NCBI GenBank assembly: GCA_963815455.1
Contig: CAWFGO010000001.1
Location: 480,001 to 544,000, forward strand
Source: an uncultured Verrucomicrobiae bacterium
Lineage (GTDB): Bacteria; Verrucomicrobiota; Verrucomicrobiia; Chthoniobacterales; UBA10450
Length of the DNA: 64,000 bases
Direction of reading: 5' to 3'
The notes beneath the pieces were generated by a model. That model searched no databases, had not been told where the DNA came from, and saw only the letters and a list, made by a program, of their open reading frames with translations. Position numbers and translations under genes: made by a program. Below, piece by piece: positions 29,059-40,755 of the stretch. How positions within the stretch are numbered: the first letter of the stretch is position 1; each line of letters starts with the position of its first letter.

Positions 29059-30471
29059 ATGAACTGGCGGCTCTTAACTGCAATCAACGCGGCAATCGCA
29101 TTAGTAACGGTTGGCGCGGTAATTTTTGACCTCACGCGAGCACGAACCGGGCAATCGCGCCGTGAACGTCAGCCAACTACGTTTCAAGCGAATTCCGCAA
29201 GTAATCACCATCAGCCCGAGGAGCGGGCCGATAAGGTTCGCATCGAGTCTGTGGATGATCTCGCCAATGCCCGGGTCGATGATTTGGGCTCAGTGCCTGC
29301 CGCGGAACTCACGGAACTGATGCGCCGCTTGACTCCCGAGCAGCTGGCGGCCATGGCGTTCAGATTCAACGAAGCACCGACCGACGCGCGCACTTTTGGA
29401 GGCATGGGGGTGTTTTTTCAGGCCTGGGCGGAACTCGATCCGCAAGCTGCGGTGGTCGGAGCATTTCGAATCAACGACGTGGCCATGCGAGAAGTGGCGG
29501 CAAGAACTGTCGTGAATTCGGTGTCACCTTACGCCGCACCGGAACTGATTGCTTTTCTCACCGACCACCCGGACAAGGACCTTATTGATACGTGCAAGAG
29601 CGAGTTCTTGGGGGACCTCCTCTCCAGTTGGTCCCACCTCGATCCCGAGGCAGCATCGAGATTCATCGATCAACTGGGCAATCCAAAAAAAGGCCTGGAT
29701 TACAATCTGAGTTACAGAGCAAGAGGAGACATAGCGTACAATTGGGCCACACTCGATCCGTCGGCAGCGCTCCAATGGGCCGCAAAGCAGAAAGAAAAGG
29801 ATTCTGCCTATGCGCCTTCATTGTTCAACAACGTGATCAGGGGGTGGTGCCGCAAGGATATCAACGCCGCATCAGCTTACGTCGCGCAGCACCTCGATGA
29901 TCCAAACGTGGCAGGGACCGCGTCCTCAGTTGTCGCCGCGATGTTCGATCACGATGTGGACGAGGCAACAGGCTGGGTGAATCACATGCCAGCCGGAGAT
30001 CCGCGTAATCAAGCCGAATATACCATCGTTTCCATGTGGTCGGCGAAAGACCCCTCATCCGCAGCGAAATGGGTGGCCACACTTCCTCCAAACGAACAGA
30101 CAGCGACTGCAAGCACCATTGCAAGCAATTGGATGGATACCAATTGGCCGGACGCTTCGCGTTGGATCGCCACGTTAACCGGTGACGTTCGCGATGAAGC
30201 CGTTGCTACCGCCGTGCACCGCGAAGGGGCAACACAGTCCGAATCGCTTGCACTCGCGCTGTCGATCGGAAACGAAGAAATGCGAAACAAAGCAACCGAA
30301 GAGGTCATCCGCAATTGGGCCGCGACCGAGCCAGAAGCAGCTGAAAGGTGGATCAAAGGAAGCCCACTTTCCAGCGAACAACAAGATCAGTTGCGTTCCG
30401 TTATTGCCGAGACGCAACAATCCGCCGAGGTGGAACGGGTGATCGTACCAAGCCGAAATGACAACGAGTAG
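29059..30471 (+). CDS. Membrane-anchored helical-repeat hypothetical protein
   Basis: N-terminal TM; repeated W...DP.AA..W units. Confidence 0.7.
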   Translation: MNWRLLTAINAAIALVTVGAVIFDLTRARTGQSRRERQPTTFQANSASNHHQPEERADKVRIESVDDLANARVDDLGSVPAAELTELMRRLTPEQLAAMAFRFNEAPTDARTFGGMGVFFQAWAELDPQAAVVGAFRINDVAMREVAARTVVNSVSPYAAPELIAFLTDHPDKDLIDTCKSEFLGDLLSSWSHLDPEAASRFIDQLGNPKKGLDYNLSYRARGDIAYNWATLDPSAALQWAAKQKEKDSAYAPSLFNNVIRGWCRKDINAASAYVAQHLDDPNVAGTASSVVAAMFDHDVDEATGWVNHMPAGDPRNQAEYTIVSMWSAKDPSSAAKWVATLPPNEQTATASTIASNWMDTNWPDASRWIATLTGDVRDEAVATAVHREGATQSESLALALSIGNEEMRNKATEEVIRNWAATEPEAAERWIKGSPLSSEQQDQLRSVIAETQQSAEVERVIVPSRNDNE

Positions 30472-30484
30472 GCAAGACGAGCCC

Positions 30485-31402
30485 TTATTTCATTGTATCG
30501 GCGACTTGCTTAACGAGTTGATTAATCAGACTCGCGTAACTGTCCGTTCCGGGCATCCCGCCGGGAAATTGGGAGACTTCAACCAACTTCGCCTCGGCCG
30601 AGCGCGCCACTTTTTCGGCGATGCGCCGATCCTGATACGGCTCCACCAGAATCAATTTAACGTGATCCCGTTTCATTTTCAGAATGAAATCGGACAACTG
30701 TGACGCCGTTGGCGGAGTTCCGGGACTTGGTTCCAAAAAGATGTCGATCTTCAAACCGAAACGTCGCGCAAAGTAGGGCCAGGAATCATGGTAAGCCGCC
30801 ACATGCTGATCTTGCAGGTGCTGCAGAGCGCCGCGCCACCATTGTAATTTTCTGTTGATTGAGGTTTCGAATTTTTTGTAGTTCGCGTCGTAGAACGCCG
30901 CGTTCGATGGATCGATCGCCATGAACGATTTGGCGATGCGTTGCGCGATCACTTTGGCGATCACTGGATCGAGGATAAAATGCGGATTGCCGTTCGGATG
31001 CGTGTCGCTAGTGGCAGACGTTACGTTAGTCGGGATATTCATCAGACGAATTCCTTGCGACGCCTGGACGCGTCCCGGTTCGCCGAGGCCAAGCTTCGAA
31101 TTGCGCGCCTTTTTCAAGAGCGGCGGCAACCAGCCCGCCTCAAGGCCCGCGCCGTTGTCAATCAAAACGTCCGCATTGCGCAACGAGGCGACGAAACTCG
31201 GCTGCGGATCGACAAAGTGCGGATCGTCCTTCGGTTTCCCAAGGACCACGATCTCGATCTTGTCTTTGCCAATTTCGCGGGCGAGCGAGCCAAGATCCGG
31301 GAGAGTGGCAACGACGTTTATTTTTGCCTGGCCGACGAGCGGGCAGAGCAGGATTGCTGGAATGACGTACCGGAGCAGGGTTGCTTGGCGGTTCTTGCTC
31401 AT
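30485..31402 (-). CDS. Metal (Zn/Mn) ABC transporter substrate-binding protein
   Basis: Signal peptide, DPHF, G.GLE.GW, HP.GNPH, YHDSW.YF. Confidence 0.88.
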   Translation of the reverse strand: MSKNRQATLLRYVIPAILLCPLVGQAKINVVATLPDLGSLAREIGKDKIEIVVLGKPKDDPHFVDPQPSFVASLRNADVLIDNGAGLEAGWLPPLLKKARNSKLGLGEPGRVQASQGIRLMNIPTNVTSATSDTHPNGNPHFILDPVIAKVIAQRIAKSFMAIDPSNAAFYDANYKKFETSINRKLQWWRGALQHLQDQHVAAYHDSWPYFARRFGLKIDIFLEPSPGTPPTASQLSDFILKMKRDHVKLILVEPYQDRRIAEKVARSAEAKLVEVSQFPGGMPGTDSYASLINQLVKQVADTMK

Positions 31403-31469
31403 TCGTGTGATTGACTAATTCGCGCGCGATTTGGCTCAGAATGACACGCGACCGCGGACATGAAAGAAA

Positions 31470-33425
31470 TCAACTCAACGGCAGCCAATTGCCAGGTTGC
31501 TGAGACGGCTTGGTTCCGTTTAGGGAAAGATAGGTGTATTCCTGGAGGAGACGCTCGTAATCGGCAAGAAGTCGCATGGCGTCGTTCGGTTTGAGGAAAT
31601 CGGTTTTGATGGCGGCGTCGACCTGGGTCTTTAACAAGCGCATCAATTCGACCTTGTCCCATTGAGTCATGGCCAGGACTTCGCCAATGGTGCTGCCTTC
31701 AATTACTTCCTCGATGTACCAACCCGATTCTTCGTCGGGATCGAGGAAGACGTGCACTTCGGTCACCCGACCGAAAAGATTGTGCAGATCGCCCATGATG
31801 TCCTGGTAAGCGCCGACCATGAATACGCCGAGATAGTACATTTCCCCCGGCGTAATTCGGTGGAGCGGCAATGTTTCCCGGACGTCTTGAAGATCGGTAA
31901 ACTTCGAGACTTTGCCGTCGGAATCGCAGGTGATATCCACGATGGTGCCGTGGCGATCGGGCGCGGTGGTGAGCCGATGGATCGGCATGATCGGGAACAA
32001 TTGGCCAAGCGCCCAGTGATCGAGCAGCGATTGGAATACGGAAAAATTGCAGATGTACTGATCGGCCAGTGAGGTCTCCAGCTCCTTCACTTCGTCGGGC
32101 ACGTAGCGCAGCCCGCGGTGCATGTTCACGATTTGATGGGCCAACTGCCAGTAAACGGTGTCGATCTTCGCTTTCGATTCGAGATCGAGCAGGCCGAGAT
32201 CGAACGTCTGCTGCCCTTCCTCCTTGATCTGGCGGATGTCGTGGAGGCTTTCCAGACGATTGCCGCGTTTCAGACGCTGCTTCACGTCCAGAATATCATG
32301 CACCAGTTTGTGATCCTTCTCGCCGGCTTCGACTCTGAGTTTGGGCGCGGTTTTCTCAATCGAACCAAACGCTTCCACCACCAGGACAGAATGATGGGCC
32401 ACAATCGCGCGCCCGCCTTCATTGACGATGGCCGGATGCGGCACGCCTTCGGAATCGCACACATCCATGATGTTCCAGACAACGTCGTTGGCGTATTCCT
32501 GGAGTGAATAATTGGCCGAGCTATCGAAATCGCTGCGCGAACCGTCGTAGTCCACGCCAAGACCGCCGCCAACGTCGAGATAGCCCAGCTCATGCCCGAG
32601 CTTGGCCAGCTTGGCGTAATATCGAGCCCCTTCCCGCACCGCGCGTTTGATCGTGGAAATATCCGGGACCTGCGAGCCGACATGGAAATGAACGAGCTTA
32701 AAACAGTGGCCTAGTCCCGCTTCCTTCAACATCTGGCTAGCGGCGACCAAGCTGGTTGTGTCCAGACCGAACTTCGCGTTTTCACCACCGCTGGGCGACC
32801 ATTTCCCAGAGCCCTTGCTATGCAGCCGGACCCGGATTCCGATGTGCGGCTCGACGCCGACTTCTTTCGCGGCCCGGATGGTTTGTTCGAGCTCTTCCAG
32901 TTTTTCCACGACGATAACGACCGATTTGCCGAGCTTCCGGCCGAGAAGAGCGATGCGAATGAAAGCGCGGTCTTTATATCCGTTGCAGATGATCAAACTC
33001 TCGGGGTCTTTGTGCATGGCCAGCGCGGCGACCAGCTCCGGCTTGCTCCCTGCCTCGAGGCCGAAATGAAATTGCAGACCAGCATCGACGATTTCCTCGA
33101 TCACTTCGCGCAGTTGATTGACTTTGATCGGAAAAACACCCCGATACTGGCTGCGATAGCCAAACTCGCTGATGGCGGTTTGAAATGCGCGATTGACCGA
33201 TTCGACCCGATGCCGGAGCAAATCCTGGAAACGAATGACCAGCGGAAAACCGAGCCCGCGCGAGCGCGCTTCGTTTACCACTTCCAGGATGTCGATGTTC
33301 CCTCCGTTTTCCTGGAGCGGTTTGGCCACGACGTTGCCGCTGGCATTGATCGTGAAATAACCGCCGCCCCATCCATCAACATTGTAGGTGGAGATGGCCG
33401 ATTCGACGTCCCAGTCGTTTTTCAT
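31470..33425 (-). CDS. speA: Biosynthetic arginine decarboxylase
   Basis: FPIKVNQ, GLEAGSKPEL, HFHVGSQ, DVGGGLGVDY, DITCDSDG, GAYQ...GDLHNLFG; start at MKNDW. Confidence 0.96.
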   Translation of the reverse strand: MKNDWDVESAISTYNVDGWGGGYFTINASGNVVAKPLQENGGNIDILEVVNEARSRGLGFPLVIRFQDLLRHRVESVNRAFQTAISEFGYRSQYRGVFPIKVNQLREVIEEIVDAGLQFHFGLEAGSKPELVAALAMHKDPESLIICNGYKDRAFIRIALLGRKLGKSVVIVVEKLEELEQTIRAAKEVGVEPHIGIRVRLHSKGSGKWSPSGGENAKFGLDTTSLVAASQMLKEAGLGHCFKLVHFHVGSQVPDISTIKRAVREGARYYAKLAKLGHELGYLDVGGGLGVDYDGSRSDFDSSANYSLQEYANDVVWNIMDVCDSEGVPHPAIVNEGGRAIVAHHSVLVVEAFGSIEKTAPKLRVEAGEKDHKLVHDILDVKQRLKRGNRLESLHDIRQIKEEGQQTFDLGLLDLESKAKIDTVYWQLAHQIVNMHRGLRYVPDEVKELETSLADQYICNFSVFQSLLDHWALGQLFPIMPIHRLTTAPDRHGTIVDITCDSDGKVSKFTDLQDVRETLPLHRITPGEMYYLGVFMVGAYQDIMGDLHNLFGRVTEVHVFLDPDEESGWYIEEVIEGSTIGEVLAMTQWDKVELMRLLKTQVDAAIKTDFLKPNDAMRLLADYERLLQEYTYLSLNGTKPSQQPGNWLPLS

Positions 33426-33578
33426 TTCGCTTTGCGGCGCCCCGAAAGCTTTCGGGGCAAAACGGATATTCAATATGCGCGGCCAACATGCAAGCCTGCA
33501 GAAAAAGAATCTTGCGCGCCGGATTCGTCCCGGGCCCGTCGCTTGTTTTTCCTGCCCCTGGCGGATAACGTTCGTTCG

Positions 33579-34061
33579 ATGAATAAAACGGTGATCGAGG
33601 TGCAGGTGCGCGCGGTTTTGCCCACCAGCGGAGGGTGCGCGGTCTTTCTGGGAAACAACGACAAGGTCTTTATCATTTATGTAGATCAGACGGTCGGAAG
33701 CGCGATCACCATGTTCATGCGCGAGATTTCCAAGGAGCGCCCGCTGACGCACGACCTGATCGCTCATCTCATGACCGCTCTCGGGGCAAAAGTCGAACGA
33801 GTGATCATCAACGACCTGAAAAACGCCACTTACTATGCCCGGATGATCATCCGGGCCGAAAACGAATTGCAGCAGAAAAAAATTATCGAGCTGGACGGGC
33901 GACCGAGTGATTGCATCGCCATGGCGATGCAGCAGAAGGCGCCGATTTATGTTAGCCAGGAAGTCTGGGACGAAGTGGACGACATGAGCGATGTCTTGCG
34001 CAAGATGGAGGAGGAAGGGCTCAAGCCCGATCCGGAGGCGGAGGCCAGCGAGGAAGAGTAA
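33579..34061 (+). CDS. Bifunctional nuclease family protein (DUF151)
   Basis: RPLTHDL, YYA, D.RPSD.IA motifs; start at MNKTV. Confidence 0.9.
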   Translation: MNKTVIEVQVRAVLPTSGGCAVFLGNNDKVFIIYVDQTVGSAITMFMREISKERPLTHDLIAHLMTALGAKVERVIINDLKNATYYARMIIRAENELQQKKIIELDGRPSDCIAMAMQQKAPIYVSQEVWDEVDDMSDVLRKMEEEGLKPDPEAEASEEE

Positions 34062-34087
34062 CAGCGCGTTTGCGACTGCGCGATTCC

Positions 34088-34227
34088 GTCATCCCGAGCG
34101 CAGCGAGGAACCTCGCAGTCGAAGGGGAACGGATCGAAACAACATTGAAACCGGGAGCGCTTTATCGCTCTCGAACGTTGTCATTACTCGCGAGATCCTT
34201 CTCCCGCGACGGCGGGATCAGGATGAC
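34088..34227. repeat. GTCATCCCGAG...CAGGATGAC palindromic repeat between convergent genes
   Basis: Terminal inverted GTCATCC/GGATGAC with internal hairpins. Confidence 0.8.
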
Positions 34228-34238
34228 AGCGCGTGGCT

Positions 34239-36009
34239 TTACCCCAGCAGATCCCCGTAGCGTTCATTCGCCACCTCCAGACTGCGCGAAAGAATTTCCG
34301 CCGGCGTGTTCAGCTTGAGAGCCTCCTCGACGAGTTGGCGGCACACCGGAATGTCGAGAGATTGCACTGCGCGTTTCACTCGCGGCACGAGCATCGCGCC
34401 GACACTCAGCTCATCGATGTCCAGACCGAGCAGGAGCGGCATTAGGGCAATGTCGCCCGCCATTTCGCCGCATACGCCCACCCAGATTTTGTTCGCGTGC
34501 GCCGCGTCGGCGATCATTTTCAATAACCGCAGCACAGCTGGGTGCGTCGGCTCGTAGAGATGCGCGATCCGCTCGTTCATGCGATCGACTGCAAGCGCGT
34601 ACTGAATCAGGTCGTTGGTTCCGATGCTAAAGAAATCCACTTCGCGGGCCAGCGCATCGGCAGAAATGGCAGCGCTTGGGATTTCAATCATCGCACCGAC
34701 TTCCGTTTTCTCGCCGATGTCGATGTTCGCTTCGCGCAATTCCTCTCGACATTCCTCCAGAATCGAGATGGCCTGCCGCAGCTCGTTCAATCCCGAAATC
34801 ATCGGGAACATGATTTTCACGTTGCCAGCCGCGCTGGCCCGCAAAATGGCGCGCAACTGGGTCTTGAAGATGTCGATGTTCTCGAGGCAAAAACGAATCG
34901 CGCGCCAGCCAAGAAACGGGTTCAGCTCGTCGCTGATGTTCACCGTTCCAGGAGCGAGCTTGTCGCCGCCGAGATCGAACGTACGAATAATGAGCGGATC
35001 GGGCCGGACACGCTCCGCCACTCTCCGGTAGACTTCGGTACTGCTCGTCTTCGGTTGGCAAAGCGCGGCGGTTCAAATAAAGAAACTCGGTGCGATAAAG
35101 GCCGATTCCTTCCGCGCCATTGGCCGCGACAGCTTCCACGTCGCCGGGGAGTTCGATATTGGCGGAAAGAACAATGTGCTTCCCATCGCGCGTGGTCGAT
35201 TTCGTCTCGCGCAGCTCCTTCAGCTTGGCCACGACCTGGACGCGACGCGATTCGACCTCGCCGTAATAAAGGAGCGTCTCCGGTGTTGGATCCAAAATGA
35301 CCAAACCCTTTGTCCCGTCGACCAGAACATGCCGCCCGGTTTCGAGCTTGGCCGTAATATCGTGCAAGCCCACAACCGCCGGAATATTCAGCGAGCGCGC
35401 AATGATCGCCGTATGCGAAGTGCGGCTGCCCAAATCGGTCGCGATGCCCAGCACGCGTTCCCGGTTCATCATCGCGGCATCCGAAGGCGTCAGGTTGTGG
35501 GCCACCAGAATATGCGGTTCGTCCAGTTCGAGAAATGCCTTCTGCGCTTTTCCCTGCAAATTGCGAATCACGCGCTTGGTTACGTCCTGGATGTCGAGCG
35601 CCCGCTCGCGCAGGTAGGGATCGTCGATCTTGCTGAGTGTTTCTGCGTAATCGGTGGCGACTTCTTGGAACACCCACTCGACATTACACCGATCCGTTTC
35701 GAGTTTGCGCAGCACTTCATCGATCAATGTGCGGTCTTCCACGACCAGAAGGTGCGCATCGAAAATGGCGGCATCCTTGGCGCCGATCGATTCGGCGATG
35801 CGTTGCTGCAGTTCCAGAATCTGCATGCGCGTCTGGATGAGCGCGGCCTCAAAGCGCGCGATTTCATCGGAAATCTGCGAAGGAGCGATCTGATGCCGGA
35901 CAACATCATCGAGATCGTCGCGGACCACATGCGCTCTGCCGCGCGCGGTTCCCGGCGAGACGCCCGCAGCCTGAAATCGAGTTTCCTGTCCGGTGTTATC
36001 CGTGCTCAT
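34239..36009 (-). CDS. ptsI: PTS enzyme I (apparent frameshift near 35033)
   Basis: TSHTAI.ARS, GIGLYRTEF, IRTFDLGGDK, NPFLGWRAIR, SIGTNDL, VCGEMAG. Confidence 0.95.
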
Positions 36010-36056
36010 TCGCCTGCGAGAGTACAGTAGATGTCAACTCGCACGGGGTTTTAGAC

Positions 36057-36364
<308 letters not shown>

Positions 36365-36365
<1 letters not shown>

Positions 36366-37360
36366 TATTTCGGTTCCGGTTCCATCAAACCAAGCAGTCT
36401 CGTGTTGAACTCGATGGCGCTGTTCTGTCCCAGGCCCTTGAGCTTTTGATCCATCGCCGCCACTTCCACCAGCCGGGCAATATCGCGTCCCGGCTTTATC
36501 GGAATGGTCACGTGCGGCACTTGCAGCCCCAGGATTTCGTAAAATTCACGGTCGAGTCCAATTCGATCTACTGATTCCACATCCTCCCACTCCTTTAAAG
36601 TAACAACCAGATCGAGCCGCTTCTCGATTCGAATACTGCCGATGCCGAAAATCTTGGCCACGTCGATGATACCGATGCCGCGCACTTCCATGTGATTGCG
36701 AGTGAGATTAGGCGCGGTCGCCATGAGCTCGCGACCTTCCAGCATGGTCAGGCGCGTTACGTCGTCTGCCACCAGGCTATAGCCCCGTTCGATTAAACCG
36801 AGCACGCATTCGCTCTTGCCGATTCCGCTCTGACCCCGAATCAAGACGCCGACGCCGAGCACATCGGCCATGCTTCCGAACTCAGTGACGGTGGGCGAAA
36901 AATCGACTTCCAGCGCGATGGTCGCGGCATTGATAAACTTCATCGTAATCATGGGCGTGCGAAACACCGCGATCTCCGCCTCCGCAGTCACGGCCAGGAG
37001 TTCAGGGGCAAGATGAAATCCGCGCGAAATCACCAGGCACGGAATTTTGCACTCGCACAGTTCGCGAAACCGCTTTACTCGCACGGTTGAGGGCAAGCTT
37101 TTCAAATATGAATTCTCGGCCGCACCGAGGACCTGCACCCTTTTTTCGGCGAAATAAGTGTAGAACCCCGACAGGGCGAGGCCGGGGCGATTAATGGTCG
37201 GTTCGCGAATCTTTCGATGAAACCCAACGCGCGGGCCTTCCAGCTTCATCTGCAGCTTTTCGGCATGCCCAATGAAAAAGCTCTCCACCGTAACGACCGG
37301 CACACTTTTTCTCTGGTGGCTTGTCGATGTAATTGTCTGGGTAGCCGCTGGCGCCGCCAT
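36365..37360 (-). CDS. hprK: HPr kinase/phosphorylase
   Basis: RPGLAL.G, G.SGIGKSE, LVADD, EVRGIGII, PGR. Confidence 0.95.
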
Positions 37361-37450
37361 AGCCCTTAAGTTCTAACGCGGATAGAGCCTATTTTCCAAT
37401 GCCCATCGACAACGAGCACGATTTCGGGGCAACGGCCGCCTTCATTCCTA

Positions 37451-38236
37451 TCACATCTTGAATCGCTCGCCCAAATACAATTGCCGACTGATCGGATCGT
37501 TGATGAGAAAATCTTTCGTGCCTTCGCTCTCGACCCGGCCTTCGAAGATCAAGTAGGCCCGATCCACGATCGACAGCGTCTCGCGCACGTTGTGATCAGT
37601 AATCATGATGGCCAGTCCCGACTTGCGCAGATTGATAATGATTTGCTGCACGTCGTAGACCGCGATCGGATCGACGCCACTGAACGGCTCGTCCAACATT
37701 AACAATTTCGGTTTCGTTACCAGCGACCGGGCAATGGTCAGCCGTCGTTTTTCTCCTCCGCTCAACGTAAGCGCGATATTCTTCGCCACCCGCTCGATGC
37801 CAAATTGATGGAGCAATTGATCGCAGCGATTTCGCCGCTCGGCTTTGGTTAACGAAAGGGTTTCCAGAATCGCCATGATGTTTTGCTCGACCGTCATCTT
37901 GCGAAAGATCGATTCCTCCTGCGGCAAATAACCCATGCCGAGCCGGGCCCGTTTGTACATCGGGTAATTCGTCACGTCGGTACCGGAGAAAATCACGCGC
38001 CCGCTGTTTGGCCTGACCAACCCGACGATCATGTAGAAGCTGGTTGTCTTGCCGGCGCCGTTGGGTCCAAGGAGACCGACAATTTCGCCGGCGCCCACGT
38101 TGAGATTTACGCCATCCACGACCGCGCGACCGCCGTAAATCTTCACCAGCTGATCGGTCGCAAGGACGTTGTCGATCCCGGCGGCTTGGGACGAAGACAC
38201 TTTCGAACCGGTGACAGGCATGGCGGGGCTAATCAT
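37451..38236 (-). CDS. lptB: LPS export ABC ATPase
   Basis: GLLGPNGAGKTT, YLPQE.SIFR, DEPFSGVDP, TDHNVRETL. Confidence 0.95.
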   Translation of the reverse strand: MISPAMPVTGSKVSSSQAAGIDNVLATDQLVKIYGGRAVVDGVNLNVGAGEIVGLLGPNGAGKTTSFYMIVGLVRPNSGRVIFSGTDVTNYPMYKRARLGMGYLPQEESIFRKMTVEQNIMAILETLSLTKAERRNRCDQLLHQFGIERVAKNIALTLSGGEKRRLTIARSLVTKPKLLMLDEPFSGVDPIAVYDVQQIIINLRKSGLAIMITDHNVRETLSIVDRAYLIFEGRVESEGTKDFLINDPISRQLYLGERFKM

Positions 38237-38886
38237 GGTTTTGGCGAGGGTGAAGCATTGGCCTTCTTGTCGCCCTTGGCTTCCTTGGCTTCCGGTGTTG
38301 GCTGCTGGCGAATTTCGGTTCGGCTCGGCCCGTGCGTAGTCAGTTGGCCATTCTGGTTAATGATCATGACCGTGTCCGGACTCGCCGCGACGTGCGTGTT
38401 CATTCCTTCCTGCACGCGAGGGTCTCCTCTCAACTCGACGTTGCCAGTCGACGCCACATAAGTTGCAGTCTCACCCCGCCCGACCGAGCGCGTCGGCTGT
38501 CCGCCGTTGGGATCGGGCCGATCCCGCACCACCGCGACGTTTCCTTCCGCAATTGCTTTTTCGAGTCCCTGGTTTTCGCCTTTGCTCACGTAAATGGTCA
38601 ACTTATCCGATTGAACATTGAACCGCGGATCGGTCACTTTCACGCTGCCGGTAAAAATTCCCATGTTTTTTGTTGAATCAAAAAACGCTTCATCGGCAAG
38701 AATTTCCGTTATCATCGGCTGGTTGGAAGGTGTGCCGCCACTCAAAAATTTGTCCATCCCTGATTTCTCTTCTTTCTTCGGTTTTTTCTCCGGCGCGGCC
38801 GATCCTGCCGGCGATGCCGCGGTTTGGGCAAACAATTGCCCAGCCAGACCGCCCAGAATCAACCACGTTAGCGCGGCATTTTTCAT
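38233..38886 (-). CDS. lptA: LptA/OstA family periplasmic protein
   Basis: Signal peptide, FTG.V.V, A.GNV; position between lptC and lptB. Confidence 0.75.
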   Translation of the reverse strand: MKNAALTWLILGGLAGQLFAQTAASPAGSAAPEKKPKKEEKSGMDKFLSGGTPSNQPMITEILADEAFFDSTKNMGIFTGSVKVTDPRFNVQSDKLTIYVSKGENQGLEKAIAEGNVAVVRDRPDPNGGQPTRSVGRGETATYVASTGNVELRGDPRVQEGMNTHVAASPDTVMIINQNGQLTTHGPSRTEIRQQPTPEAKEAKGDKKANASPSPKP

Positions 38887-39453
38887 TCGCTTTTCTTTCC
38901 CATCAGATGCGACTGATCCGTGATCACCATTTTCACATTGCCGATTAAGTGGCCCGTTCGGGTCACGGTATCAAACTGCACGGAATCGCCAACGATATTA
39001 AAATCCGCCCGGCGCACCACAGTGCGCTCCTGCGAACTCAAGACGCGCGTCTTCAAATTGAGGACCGACGTGCGCATATCGATTTGAAGATCGATGTTCT
39101 TCTCCGGGGTGTAGGTAGTGATTTTCAGATCTTTGAACCCGATATGCTCCTCGTCGATCCGCCGGGCGGTTCCAGCCTCAAATCGCCCGCGCAAATGCCC
39201 ATCGGCATCGAAATCCGGCAACACCAGTCCTTTCGCCTCATGGCCCGTGGCTAATGGAATATTGGTCAGGCTTTGCTCGCCCGGCGAAGGAGTTGGCGTC
39301 GCCGTAACCTTGCCTCGGTTCTTCTTCTTCTTGGCGCCCTTGGATTTGCCGAAGGAAGGCGACGCCGACAACGCGACGGATAGAGCCAGGATCGACAACA
39401 AGCCTAACAATCCAGCCGCAGCTTCCGAAGCGGCTGCTACGAAACAGCAGCAT
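38883..39453 (-). CDS. lptC: LptC-like protein (start uncertain; possible indel near 39420)
   Basis: Synteny with kdsA-lptA-lptB; beta-rich C-terminus ending GNVKM. Confidence 0.6.
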
Positions 39454-40258
39454 GAATAGCCTTTAACATGCGCAAATGCTTCGGCAAATTCTTTAGCGGA
39501 ACCTGATTGGCCGCATCCGACAAGGCCCGCGTCGGATTTTCGTGCACTTCCATGAAAATTCCGTCACACCCGGCCGCTACCGCCGCCCGCGCCAGCACCG
39601 GCGCAAGGACGCCGTCGCCCGAGGTTACATCTCCTGCCCCGCCCGGCCGCTGCACCGAATGCGTGGCGTCGAAAATAACCCGGTAACCGGCTTCGCGCAT
39701 CCAAAAAAGCGAGCGCATATCGGCCACGAGATTGTTGTAACCGAACGTCGTCCCGCGCTCGGTGAAACAAAATCTATCGTTTCCAAACGCAATCAGCTTT
39801 TCGGCGATGTTCTTCACGTCCCATGGCGCCAGGAATTGGCCTTTTTTCACATTCACCGCCCGCCCCGTTTCGGCGGCGGCCCGCAACAAATCGGTTTGCC
39901 GGCAAAGAAATGCCGGAATTTGCAGCATGTCGATCTTATCGCCGGCAATTTTGGCTTCGGCGGACGAATGCACATCGGTCGTGACCGGAATTTTCAAGTC
40001 CTGGCCGATTTCTGCGAGAATTTCGCAGCCTTCGCGCACGCCGATTCCGCGAAACGATCGCACCGAAGTCCGGTTCGCCTTGTCGTAGGAGGCTTTGAAA
40101 ATAAGATCGACATCTTCGTCCGCGCAGATCGCCGCAATTTTCCTCGCCATCCGCCAGACAAACTTCTCCGACTCGATCACGCATGGCCCAAGAATGAACA
40201 CGAGGCGCTTCCCGCCAATAGTGGCCTTTCCGACTTTAAGAGGCTTTGAGGCGACCAT
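39437..40258 (-). CDS. kdsA: KDO-8-phosphate synthase
   Basis: GPCVIE, KAS.DKANRTS, QIPAFLCRQTD, KKGQF, DATHSVQ.PG. Confidence 0.97.
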   Translation of the reverse strand: MVASKPLKVGKATIGGKRLVFILGPCVIESEKFVWRMARKIAAICADEDVDLIFKASYDKANRTSVRSFRGIGVREGCEILAEIGQDLKIPVTTDVHSSAEAKIAGDKIDMLQIPAFLCRQTDLLRAAAETGRAVNVKKGQFLAPWDVKNIAEKLIAFGNDRFCFTERGTTFGYNNLVADMRSLFWMREAGYRVIFDATHSVQRPGGAGDVTSGDGVLAPVLARAAVAAGCDGIFMEVHENPTRALSDAANQVPLKNLPKHLRMLKAIHAAVS

Positions 40259-40352
40259 GAATGTCTAAGGAAAGCAGGAACGCAGGAATTTTAAAGATTT
40301 CCTTCCGGCTTTCCTCACTGGAGTGGTTGTGCTTTTGGGGCTACAAATCCTG

Positions 40353-40755
40353 ATGCCACGCTCGGCAATAACTATATTGGCAGTTGCGTTCTCTTTCGCT
40401 GCTAGTGCGCAGGTGCAAACTACGTCATCAAAGGCTGTTCCAATTCACGGAAACAGGCCTGTTACAAAGGTCTTTGCGACCCACGGACCTCGCCCGTCCT
40501 TCCCAAAATCTGTCGCCATTTCCCTCGAGAAGCGCGGCATTACAAAAGCGCATTTCAAAGGCGTTTACGTGATGCATGTTGATATCGAAACTGGACTTGT
40601 GCGTTCGGTAGAAATCGAGAAGAGCATGGGGATCTCGGCGTTGGACAATGTTTGTACCTGAGTTTCTCAAGAAATGGAAATTCAAGCTTCCAACAGTAAA
40701 AAAAGTTCGCTGCCCCATTGAGTTTATTTCGCCGCAATCGCAAGGCGGCAGCTAG
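40353..40755 (+). CDS. TonB C-terminal-domain protein (apparent frameshift near 40658)
   Basis: Signal peptide; VD..TG.V..V.I.KS.G...LD, continuing as KKWKFK...VRCPIEF in the next frame. Confidence 0.55.
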
